NCBI GenBank assembly: GCA_963770835.1
Contig: CAVYRH010000015.1
Location: 1 to 28,513 of the forward strand
Origin: an uncultured Pseudomonadota bacterium
Lineage (GTDB): Bacteria; Oederibacteriota; Muellerivitia; Muellerivitales; Muellerivitaceae
Reading direction: 5' to 3'
Length of the DNA stretch: 28,513 nucleotides
How positions within the stretch are numbered: the stretch's first letter is position 1; each line of letters opens with the position of its first letter. Below are positions 9,992 to 17,309 of the stretch, piece after piece. A program made the position numbers and the translations under genes. The notes under the pieces are model-generated. The model worked only from the letters and a program-made list of their open reading frames with translations. It had not been told where the DNA came from and did no database searches.

Positions 9992-11458
9992 TTAAGAAAA
10001 GGAGTCCAACACGAATTGTTTGAAAAGTTCCAATCCCTGGTCAGAACTCACGTTTCGGTAATAGCCAGCGGTCATCACACAAACCAGATCCAGGGAAGGC
10101 ACGACAATGATATATTGCCCACCTTTTCCATTGGCGTAATAGACGAAAGTCTCGCCCTTAGCGGAATGTAGATGCCGGGTCCACCACAAGTAGCCGTAAC
10201 CCTCGAAAGTCGGCCAGGGTTTGCCGTCGGCGGGAATGGGTTGGGGCCGGGTAGATTCCTCGACCCATTTCGATGACACCACTGTGCTTCCCTTCCACTT
10301 CCCATTGTCCAAATACAAAAGCCCCAGCTTGGCCATGTCTCGGGGCCTCAACCAGAAAGTGGAGCCAGCTTCAGTAGTTCCATCGGGGCCGGTCAACCAG
10401 GTGGGGGCCGGGATGTCCAGGGGATCGTAAAGGTATTTTTGGGCGAAATTCGGCAGGGGCATACCGCTTCGTTTAGCCAAGACAGCGCTCAGAATCGATA
10501 GACAGGAAGTGCAGTAGGCGTAATGCCGTCCGGGCTCGTGGGCCATGGGTTTGCTCAGGCAGAAATCCAGCCAATGGGGGGAGTTGAGCATGTCAATGGT
10601 GCAACCCGAGCCTCCTTCTTTACGGTAAGTGCCATCGTCGCAGTCGAACCCAGAGGTCATGGACAGGAGCGTTCCGAGGGTAATCCGGTTCTTCCGGTCA
10701 TCCCATCCGGCTTGGACACGGTAATCGGGGAAATAATCGAAGAGTTTTTTTCCTATCGTAACCAGGTCCTGATCTTGTGCGATCCCAAACAGAATGGAAA
10801 GAATCGACTTGCTGGTCGATTGCATTTGATGCTCATCACCTGGACCGTAACCATAAAAATACTCCTCCAGAACCAGCTTCCCATGCCGCAACAACAGGAT
10901 GCTGTGGGTGTTCGGGAATGTTCCCATGAGGACGGCATTGACCATGGCCCCAAGGGACGCCGGGTTCCCTCCGGTTTCAGCGAGGGAGGCTGTTTCCATT
11001 CCATCCCCCATGGGGGATGGCGCTTGGTAGTGATATTCCGTAACAGGCTTACCCTGGGCGTCCACCCGGGGAATGGAATAATCCATTCCCGGGCTTAATT
11101 CCAACGAAAGGGTTTTACCTGCAACCTGGGGAAAAAGAACCGGAATCTTGATCGTCCCCACCAAGCGGTGGAGCCCCTTCAGAACCAAGTTAATCCTCCC
11201 ATCTCCCTCAAATTCAGCTTGAAAACTTTTTCCCTTAACCCGGACATGGTCGAATGCCTTCCCGAAGTCTCCCCTTTCAATGTCGTCGTAGGTGGCTTCA
11301 AACTTTCCAGTGGCGGACTTCTGGATCACCACGACAAAATGGCATTTTCCACCATAATCGGCAGTACCGTGCCAGTTCCCGGCCAGACTTTCCGCAAAAC
11401 AAAAACTACTCGATAAGAAGAGTAGGAAAGTTAAACAATAGAGCTTGAGTTTAAACAT
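9992..11458 (-). CDS. Secreted serine hydrolase, beta-lactamase class C/PBP-like family
   Basis: SxxK (QSTSKS), LLSMTSG, PGRHYAY, LRPRDMAKLG, YGYLWW and GKGGQ motifs; signal peptide. The ATG is 5 nt after the last CRISPR repeat; an alternative GTG at 11470 lies inside the repeat. Confidence 0.88.
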   Translation of the reverse strand: MFKLKLYCLTFLLFLSSSFCFAESLAGNWHGTADYGGKCHFVVVIQKSATGKFEATYDDIERGDFGKAFDHVRVKGKSFQAEFEGDGRINLVLKGLHRLVGTIKIPVLFPQVAGKTLSLELSPGMDYSIPRVDAQGKPVTEYHYQAPSPMGDGMETASLAETGGNPASLGAMVNAVLMGTFPNTHSILLLRHGKLVLEEYFYGYGPGDEHQMQSTSKSILSILFGIAQDQDLVTIGKKLFDYFPDYRVQAGWDDRKNRITLGTLLSMTSGFDCDDGTYRKEGGSGCTIDMLNSPHWLDFCLSKPMAHEPGRHYAYCTSCLSILSAVLAKRSGMPLPNFAQKYLYDPLDIPAPTWLTGPDGTTEAGSTFWLRPRDMAKLGLLYLDNGKWKGSTVVSSKWVEESTRPQPIPADGKPWPTFEGYGYLWWTRHLHSAKGETFVYYANGKGGQYIIVVPSLDLVCVMTAGYYRNVSSDQGLELFKQFVLDSFS

Positions 11459-11526
11459 ATTGCGTTGCACACTATCCTTTTTGCGACAGGCATGTGCAGG
11501 TTTTCATAACGGTACCGTAAATTTAT

Positions 11527-12708
11527 TTAACGCTTTCCCTCAACTGGTTTTTCCCATTTCACAAGTCGGCCAAATCCAATGCCTTCCAGCTGATAAATGG
11601 TTCCCGTTTTCAGGTTTATGTCGTTCGGATAAAAATCGAATTTGGTCAGTAGCCGGAATTTTGAATTGAATTTATATAACCGATAAAGCACCCAAACAGG
11701 GTGTTCTCCTGCTAGTGGCACCAATTCATACACAGCATAGATGTCACCAAAACTATCTATATTCATAACATACTCAAAATCAAAACCATCTATTCTCCGA
11801 GGTAACCAGTTGCCATTTTCATCCATTTCGTATTGAGTCGCTCTGTTGTCCGTCAATTGGTATTTCAAATTCTCCAAAAATATTTTTTGGTCGATTTTGT
11901 TTTCATCCGCACTTGGAAGCCTATAAAATATTTTTCCAGTTTTTACCGCATAGATGACGCCATTAGAAAAGCGTAATACTCCATCTTTATAAAAATTCCA
12001 TTTTCGGAAATCCGGTCGACCCATTAAATTGCCATTAGAATCGTAAACCCAAGAAATGGATGGACCATAGTCACTGTAGATACAGACATCACCTTGCTCA
12101 TCTACCAACAAGGCGTTTTGTTGTTCGTTGTCTTTGGGGATTTCCTTAATAATTTTTCCACTCTTGTCGAATACCACCACAGCATGTTGGAAAGTCATAT
12201 ATATATTCTCTTGATCGTCCACTCGACAAACTGGTTTCGAAGCATCTCCATATTTTCCGCTTAACTCCGAGGGTATTGTAAACATCTCCGTCCGTTTATA
12301 TTTCTCCGGTACTTCGGCGCTCGACAATCCCTTTTCAATCCGTGGATGCTGTTTAAAAAAAGTTTCAGCCTTATCTGACAGTGAAACCTCGGCATTCACG
12401 GTTCCATTTTTTACTTTTAAATGATGAGGGACATGTTTAAGAGAGTTAGTTGGCGTAGGAGTTACGCTTAACTCAACTTTGGCTTGTTGAGTCGCTATGG
12501 CTGAAGGGCTTGATGGCGTGGCCTCTTTCCATCCAGGCAAACCCGCATAACTAACATTCATTGAAAGCATCACAACGAACAAAAGTGTCAGGCCAAAATT
12601 TATTTTTTTTTGTTTTAAAAATTTTAGAATTTGCCAAACCAAATCAACTGATCTCAAAAATGAACCCTTCGCCCGTGCTTTGTTCGAAGAATAATTCTCA
12701 TACTTCAT
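11527..12708 (-). CDS. Hypothetical membrane-anchored/secreted protein, possibly beta-propeller (NHL-like); fills giant spacer 3
   Basis: ATG 12708 with a GAGGTG RBS; hydrophobic segment; repeats such as VDDQENIY, VDEQGDVCI and IDSFGDIY. Confidence 0.75.
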   Translation of the reverse strand: MKYENYSSNKARAKGSFLRSVDLVWQILKFLKQKKINFGLTLLFVVMLSMNVSYAGLPGWKEATPSSPSAIATQQAKVELSVTPTPTNSLKHVPHHLKVKNGTVNAEVSLSDKAETFFKQHPRIEKGLSSAEVPEKYKRTEMFTIPSELSGKYGDASKPVCRVDDQENIYMTFQHAVVVFDKSGKIIKEIPKDNEQQNALLVDEQGDVCIYSDYGPSISWVYDSNGNLMGRPDFRKWNFYKDGVLRFSNGVIYAVKTGKIFYRLPSADENKIDQKIFLENLKYQLTDNRATQYEMDENGNWLPRRIDGFDFEYVMNIDSFGDIYAVYELVPLAGEHPVWVLYRLYKFNSKFRLLTKFDFYPNDINLKTGTIYQLEGIGFGRLVKWEKPVEGKR

Positions 12709-12772
12709 CTCGCACCTCGTGAAACAGGGTTGCACACTATCCTTTTTGCGACAGGCATGTGCAGGTTTTTAA

Positions 12773-13117
12773 CTATTCCAATAAAAGAATTTTAAGATTT
12801 TCCATCAACTTCGCCTTATGGATTGAGTTTAACTCCCCCAAATGCTTGACGAAGCGACGGTTATCAATGGCCCGGATTTGGTCGACCAAAATATCGGAAT
12901 CCTTTTTGAGCCCGCTGGCCTTGGGGGAAAGGTGAACCCTTAATATCTCCGATCCGTGAATCACGTTGGTGCTGATGGGGCAGACAATGGTGCTGGGGTG
13001 CAGGCTGTCGTTTAAGAGATTGGTTTGAAGGACGACGATAGGCCTCGTTTTGCCCGGTTCGGTTCCAAAGCGGGGGCTTAGATCGGCCAGATAAATATTA
13101 AATTTTCTGATTTTCAT
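12773..13117 (-). CDS. mazF: PemK/MazF family type II toxin
   Basis: IYLADLSPRFGTEPGKTRPIVVLQ...SDILVDQIRAIDNRR. Confidence 0.9.
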   Translation of the reverse strand: MKIRKFNIYLADLSPRFGTEPGKTRPIVVLQTNLLNDSLHPSTIVCPISTNVIHGSEILRVHLSPKASGLKKDSDILVDQIRAIDNRRFVKHLGELNSIHKAKLMENLKILLLE

Positions 13118-13353
13118 TCAATGGTTGCTTCTTCGAGCTTTTCCATCTCGCTCAGGATTTCCATGGAATTCTTACGGGTCAGCAGGGATTCCTTTTGCAG
13201 TTTTTGACGAAGCCCTTTGCGCCGGTTGAACGCGTTGTAAAAATCCAACGCCTCGTTGATGTAGGCGTTTCGGGGCATATGAAGCCGTTTGGTCTGGGCC
13301 TCCACGCCCTCGAAAATTTCTCCTTTGATTTTAAGCGACAGAACCTTGGTCAT
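13114..13353 (-). CDS. Ribbon-helix-helix antitoxin, translationally coupled to the MazF toxin
   Basis: 79 aa; KVLSLKI...MPRNAYINEALDFY RHH pattern; 4-nt overlap with the toxin gene. Confidence 0.8.
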   Translation of the reverse strand: MTKVLSLKIKGEIFEGVEAQTKRLHMPRNAYINEALDFYNAFNRRKGLRQKLQKESLLTRKNSMEILSEMEKLEEATIE

Positions 13354-13363
13354 TTTCAGCTCC

Positions 13364-13398
13364 TTTAAAGGTATATACTAATTGTATATACTTTTAAA
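13364..13398. promoter_or_regulatory. Inverted-repeat operator upstream of the mazEF-like operon
   Basis: TTTAAAGGTATATAC-TAATT-GTATATACTTTTAAA (15-bp arms, 1 mismatch). Confidence 0.6.
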
Positions 13399-13430
13399 AT
13401 AAAAAGAAATGACTTTTCGTTCAATCTATC

Positions 13431-13458
13431 TGTCCACGCCAGGTCCCCGTCGTGGACA
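13431..13458. repeat. 28-bp cassette-boundary site, copy 7 (inside giant spacer 2)
   Basis: tgtccacgcca-ggtccc-cgtcgtggaca. Confidence 0.88.
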
Positions 13459-13532
13459 ACCAGTTGCTATTTAAAGACTAAATTCATTTGATCAAAACCA
13501 AAATGTGCCTGTCTCAATAAAAATGGCCCTTT

Positions 13533-14681
13533 TTATATTTCTGACACTTTTTTGATCTTTCCAGTGTAACCATCGATGATCAATCTCAAAGACTTACCAA
13601 CTTTATTCGTAATATCTACTACCCAATCTCTTCCATCAATCTTTTCATCAAACGAGGAGTCTTCATTATTTTTTTTGTAATCGTAGGCGGTAAAAAAAGC
13701 CCGGTCCCGTGATATCATCCCGCCCTTCGCTCTGCTTTTATCCGCTTTATACCAATCAATCCACCGCTGGACGGGCGTTTTCATGTCGCAGATATGAATG
13801 ATGTCATTTTCATAATAATAATCGACCTTTTCTCCAAGGCTGGAATAATCACAACCCGTTAAGTTCTCCAAGGCAAAAGCAAATCCACCGTTTACAACGG
13901 AATTCGATATACCGTTGATTTGGAACCCATAATCTCCCCAATGTTTGGGAAGGAATAGTTCCGGCTCGACGACGACTTTGTCCTTTTTGGCCTCTAAAAT
14001 ATTTTTGATCAGTTGGATATTGAATTCTTCATTCTCATGAAAATGGCAATTCAAGGGCATTTCTTGGTACTCTTTGGGCAATTCTTGATGGACTGGTCTG
14101 TTTTGAAGGTTGTAACGTTGAAATGCCTTGTCAAAAGCCCAGGCGTTTGGCGTACCATTTTCTAGGACGGAAAATAATACTGGCACATCACTTGGCCAAG
14201 GATCACGGATAAGTAGGCTTAAGATGAGGTCTTGGGTTTCCGTATAGTGCAAGAGGGAAAGAAGGGCATCACGGGCTTTTGTATTTTCGAAATCCTCGTT
14301 AAATCGGCCTGCAATGCGGCTATCGATACCAATCAAATGGAGCGTAAATATGGCCCCCCTTCTCCCTTGGGCCGAGTGGGTCCCTTTAAATAAATCTAAT
14401 AAGTGCTGGATGGCTTTTTCTTTATAGGCAGCTATGGAATACATATCATCGGTATACCCAATCCAATAGGCCTTCCCTGTTTCCAATAAATCCCAATTGC
14501 CTTCTAATCTGTGAATTAATATTTTTAAGGGCGTCTTTTTATCTTGTGTGACTTTGGCGCCTCCGCCCTCGGCAGCACGCCAAGTGCTATCCCCATATGA
14601 ATCAACACCCAATTTATGTTGAGCGTTGGTAAACTGAGGCGCACTTAGAATTAAAAACCATAAAAAGATAATTTTTTTCAA
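13533..14681 (-). CDS. Secreted hypothetical protein with a possible C-terminal PepSY-like segment (cassette)
   Basis: Signal peptide MKKIIFLWFLILS; C-terminal WVVDI...LIIDGYTGKI. Confidence 0.75.
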   Translation of the reverse strand: MKKIIFLWFLILSAPQFTNAQHKLGVDSYGDSTWRAAEGGGAKVTQDKKTPLKILIHRLEGNWDLLETGKAYWIGYTDDMYSIAAYKEKAIQHLLDLFKGTHSAQGRRGAIFTLHLIGIDSRIAGRFNEDFENTKARDALLSLLHYTETQDLILSLLIRDPWPSDVPVLFSVLENGTPNAWAFDKAFQRYNLQNRPVHQELPKEYQEMPLNCHFHENEEFNIQLIKNILEAKKDKVVVEPELFLPKHWGDYGFQINGISNSVVNGGFAFALENLTGCDYSSLGEKVDYYYENDIIHICDMKTPVQRWIDWYKADKSRAKGGMISRDRAFFTAYDYKKNNEDSSFDEKIDGRDWVVDITNKVGKSLRLIIDGYTGKIKKVSEI

Positions 14682-14726
14682 TATGTGAGCAACTCCTGAT
14701 TCAGAATGGTCAATGAGTTAATCCAC

Positions 14727-14754
14727 TGTCCAATCCGGATCCCCGTCGTGGACA
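14727..14754. repeat. 28-bp cassette-boundary site, copy 8 (inside giant spacer 2)
   Basis: tgtccaatccg-gatccc-cgtcgtggaca. Confidence 0.85.
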
Positions 14755-14773
14755 CCTAAATCCGCCGCTTTGT

Positions 14774-15044
14774 TTATTCCACCCGCAAAAGGTAAAGGCT
14801 GATAAGTCCCAAAATGATCCCAACTACACGATGGGCGTTGATCGGTTCCTTAAAAAGAATAAACCCACCCAATATCGTCAACATGGTGCTCCCGATTAAA
14901 ACAAAGGAACCAGCCACCGAAAGCTGGCCTCCCCTTGAAAAAACGATAAAAAACCCAATCGAGCCCGCAGCGGCGCAAAAACCGGCGGCCAATGAAAAAG
15001 ACATTCCTAGGGCCGTCGCTGACTCTACCGACCCGTTAAACTTT
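14774..15044 (-). pseudogene. 5'-truncated EamA/DMT family transporter
   Basis: LGGFILFKEPINAHRVVGIILGLISLYLL is a DMT C-terminal signature. The frame stays open (KFNGSVESATALGMSF) right up to the CRISPR repeat at 15045, with no native N-terminus. Confidence 0.75.
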
Positions 15045-15081
15045 GTTGCACACTATCCTTTTTGCGACAGGCATGTGCAGG

Positions 15082-15754
15082 CTTGGACAGGGAACAGGCG
15101 GCCCTCCACGCCGCCGAGGATAATTTCGGCCCCTACCACCCCAATACCGTGCTCGTTCTCAACGACCTTGCCGCCATTTACTGGACGATGGGGCGTTATG
15201 AGGATTCGGAAGAAACTTATAAATGGGCCTTGGCGGTCCGCGAAAAAACATTGGGCAAGGACGACCTCCTGGTGGCCGACTCCTTAAACAACTTGGCCGC
15301 CCTTTATGAGGATTTGGGACGGGACCCGGAAGCCAAAATGGCCGAGGAAAGGGCTATTCGAATAGTCGAAAAGAAGGAGGGGGGTCTGACACCAGACTGT
15401 GGCCTTGAAATGCTTATCCTGGGAAAGATCCAAATAAACCTTCAGGATAATTTGGGAGCCGAAAAGACCCTCGACCAAGCCGTTTCTCTGGGCGCCAAAA
15501 CACAAAACAACAACCCGGGTCAATATTGTGAATCTTTAGTGGCCCTAGCCCAGGCCAACCAAGCCTCAGGCCATCTTCAAATTGCTGAAACCCATTTGAA
15601 ACAATACCTGGATTCTTGTGGGAAGCAATATAAGGCCGACAGTGTGGAAGTGGCCGATTCCCTGGAATGCTTGGGGGATTTTTACAAAGCGGAACACCTC
15701 AAGAAAAAGAGCCGGGAATATTACGAATCCGCCCTCAAGATTTACAGGAAATTT
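15082..15754 (+). pseudogene. Internal fragment of a tetratricopeptide-repeat (TPR_10/TPR_12-like) gene, equal to giant spacer 1
   Basis: FGPYHPNTVLVLNDLAAIY..GRYEDSEETYKWALAVREKTLGKDDLLVADSLNNLA. The frame is open across the whole spacer, with no native start or stop, and is cut at both ends by repeats. Confidence 0.85.
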
Positions 15755-15813
15755 GTTGCACACTATCCTTTTTGCGACAGGCATGTGCAGGAGCCTGCAA
15801 TTATTGGTGTTTT

Positions 15814-16149
15814 TCACCGTTCCGCCGAATTCGGCGTGATTTGGATAAGTTCAAACGCAGTTTCAATGTCGACATCATCTTTCTTAGAACTAAGCGTACC
15901 ACCGAAAACCGAATCTTCAAAGCACGACCGACAGAGCGTACTGATAAAAAACTTTTCGGTCTTCTTTGCGAAAGCCCCCTTGAATTTATTCTCGAGTTTT
16001 TCCCGTTCTTTTGAATACAATTTTCCGATATACATATTCCGGAAAACCGGCTTGAGACCATAATTCTTGCACCACAGAACCGCCTTGTCCCGATGCCGCC
16101 AGTCGCGCGTTTCCCACGATACTAGGGTGATGGCATTGAAATTGTTCAT
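15814..16149 (-). CDS. cas2: Divergent CRISPR-associated Cas2-like protein
   Basis: 111 aa, overlapping the cas1 stop by 4 nt. Ferredoxin-like pattern LVSWET..R..KAVLWCKNYGLKPVFRNMYIG..LCRSC. The canonical YDI motif is absent. Confidence 0.75.
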   Translation of the reverse strand: MNNFNAITLVSWETRDWRHRDKAVLWCKNYGLKPVFRNMYIGKLYSKEREKLENKFKGAFAKKTEKFFISTLCRSCFEDSVFGGTLSSKKDDVDIETAFELIQITPNSAER

Positions 16150-17156
16150 GATATCGAAAAAAGTTTTTCCGCACGAAACGGGTTGTACTTGTCCTCCTTT
16201 TCGACAAAGTGACGTGCCAACGCCCTAATCTGGTTATCTATGATCTGCTTAAGAGTATATTGTTTCCCCCGCCATGCCGTCGTTTCATTCAACCGCCTCA
16301 TGATCGCCCCCACCACGACGCTTTTTCCCTCAGGCGATAACAGATATTGCCCAACCGCGGTTTTTTCAAAATATTTCCGTTGGCTCAGTTTCTTTTCTAT
16401 GAAAAGCGGGAAAAGCACCGAGTCGACGATTGGTACGCGGAATTCTTCGACAAGATCGAGAACGAGGGCAGGCTTACCATAGCGTTCACTGTGGTAGAGG
16501 CCGAGATATGGATCAAGACCGACGTAAAGGCATGCCCGTTCGACTTCATTGTAAAGGATGCCGTAACCATAATTCAGTACGCTGTTAAACTGGTCCCTGC
16601 CTTGTGGTTTTCGGCCCGGGAATCTATAGAATTTTTTTAACCCGCTGAAATATTTGTCCGCGATGTATCCTTCCGTACCAAGGAGTTGCTCCTTGCCTTT
16701 CTCCGAACACGGGACATTGTCCAAGACATCAAAAAGGGTCTGCGCTTGTAAGAGTTCGGTCCCCACATCCTTTTTATATCGGTACGCGAGATATCGGAGT
16801 AGATCGAGCTGATTAGCGCATTTGCCCCGCACTAATTCTTTCGCGATTTTGAACGATCGCTCAAGCGAAGTTGACGCTTCCAGTTGCGCTTTACGAAGAC
16901 TCGCCAGCCCTTTTGGTTCGCTTGAAAATAGTCTTCCGATGGGCTTGCCAAAAGAACCGAGATAGACGATATCAACATCGTGCTCAATCGCGAGCTGAAC
17001 CGCGTGAGTCGTGAGCGAGGCCGGCCGCAGTATGACTATTTTCTCCAGTCTATGGATGGGGTATTCTTTTTTCTCTTTAACTTTCGGAAAAGAAAGGACG
17101 ATGCGCTCGCCATTTACGCCGATCTTGGTACCGTAAGTATCAATAAGCAAGTCCAT
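16146..17156 (-). CDS. cas1: CRISPR-associated endonuclease/integrase Cas1
   Basis: LLGTEG, DQFNSVLNYGYGILY, GLDPYLGLYH and LVLDLVEEFR; the catalytic E/H/D-E residues are intact. Start MDLLID at 17156 after a GGGGG RBS (17186 is also possible). Confidence 0.95.
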   Translation of the reverse strand: MDLLIDTYGTKIGVNGERIVLSFPKVKEKKEYPIHRLEKIVILRPASLTTHAVQLAIEHDVDIVYLGSFGKPIGRLFSSEPKGLASLRKAQLEASTSLERSFKIAKELVRGKCANQLDLLRYLAYRYKKDVGTELLQAQTLFDVLDNVPCSEKGKEQLLGTEGYIADKYFSGLKKFYRFPGRKPQGRDQFNSVLNYGYGILYNEVERACLYVGLDPYLGLYHSERYGKPALVLDLVEEFRVPIVDSVLFPLFIEKKLSQRKYFEKTAVGQYLLSPEGKSVVVGAIMRRLNETTAWRGKQYTLKQIIDNQIRALARHFVEKEDKYNPFRAEKLFSIS

Positions 17157-17230
17157 GTGGTCTGCCCCCCAAATTTTGTAAACCATCTTTATGCTGAAAG
17201 TGCCTGAATACCATTATCCATTATTTTCGT

Positions 17231-17258
17231 TGTTCACGAAGGGTCCCCGTCGTGGACA
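17231..17258. repeat. 28-bp cassette-boundary site, copy 9 (directly upstream of cas1)
   Basis: tgttcacgaag-ggtccc-cgtcgtggaca. Confidence 0.88.
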
Positions 17259-17309
17259 GGTAATTCAATTCAAAATGGCTTGTGATGGCAGGCCCCTTTT
17301 TAAGTGAAC

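Larger units (their letters stand above)
11464..15791 (-). CRISPR. Atypical CRISPR array: four identical 37-bp repeats with giant spacers (673, 2279, 1228 bp)
   Basis: Repeat CCTGCACATGCCTGTCGCAAAAAGGATAGTGTGCAAC (minus strand) at 15755-15791, 15045-15081, 12729-12765 and 11464-11500. It has a terminal TGCACA/TGTGCA inverted repeat and a 3' GCAAC. The first copy is 22 bp downstream of cas2. Confidence 0.85.

Noticed and set aside
9992..11458. Calling the serine hydrolase an antibiotic-resistance beta-lactamase
   Set aside because: The motifs place it in the broad beta-lactamase-related esterase/amidase family, and substrate cannot be inferred from sequence.
11501..15754. Shared terminal motif or TIRs at the ends of the giant spacers
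   Set aside because: The ends are only loosely A-rich on the minus strand (AAAT/AAAG/CCTG starts; CAAG/AAAA/AAAA ends). No terminal inverted repeats or convincing common motif are visible with n=3.
15062..16063. 333-aa plus-strand ORF as a real TPR gene
   Set aside because: It starts inside one CRISPR repeat, runs through the next and continues antisense to cas2. Only 15082-15754 is genuine TPR sequence.
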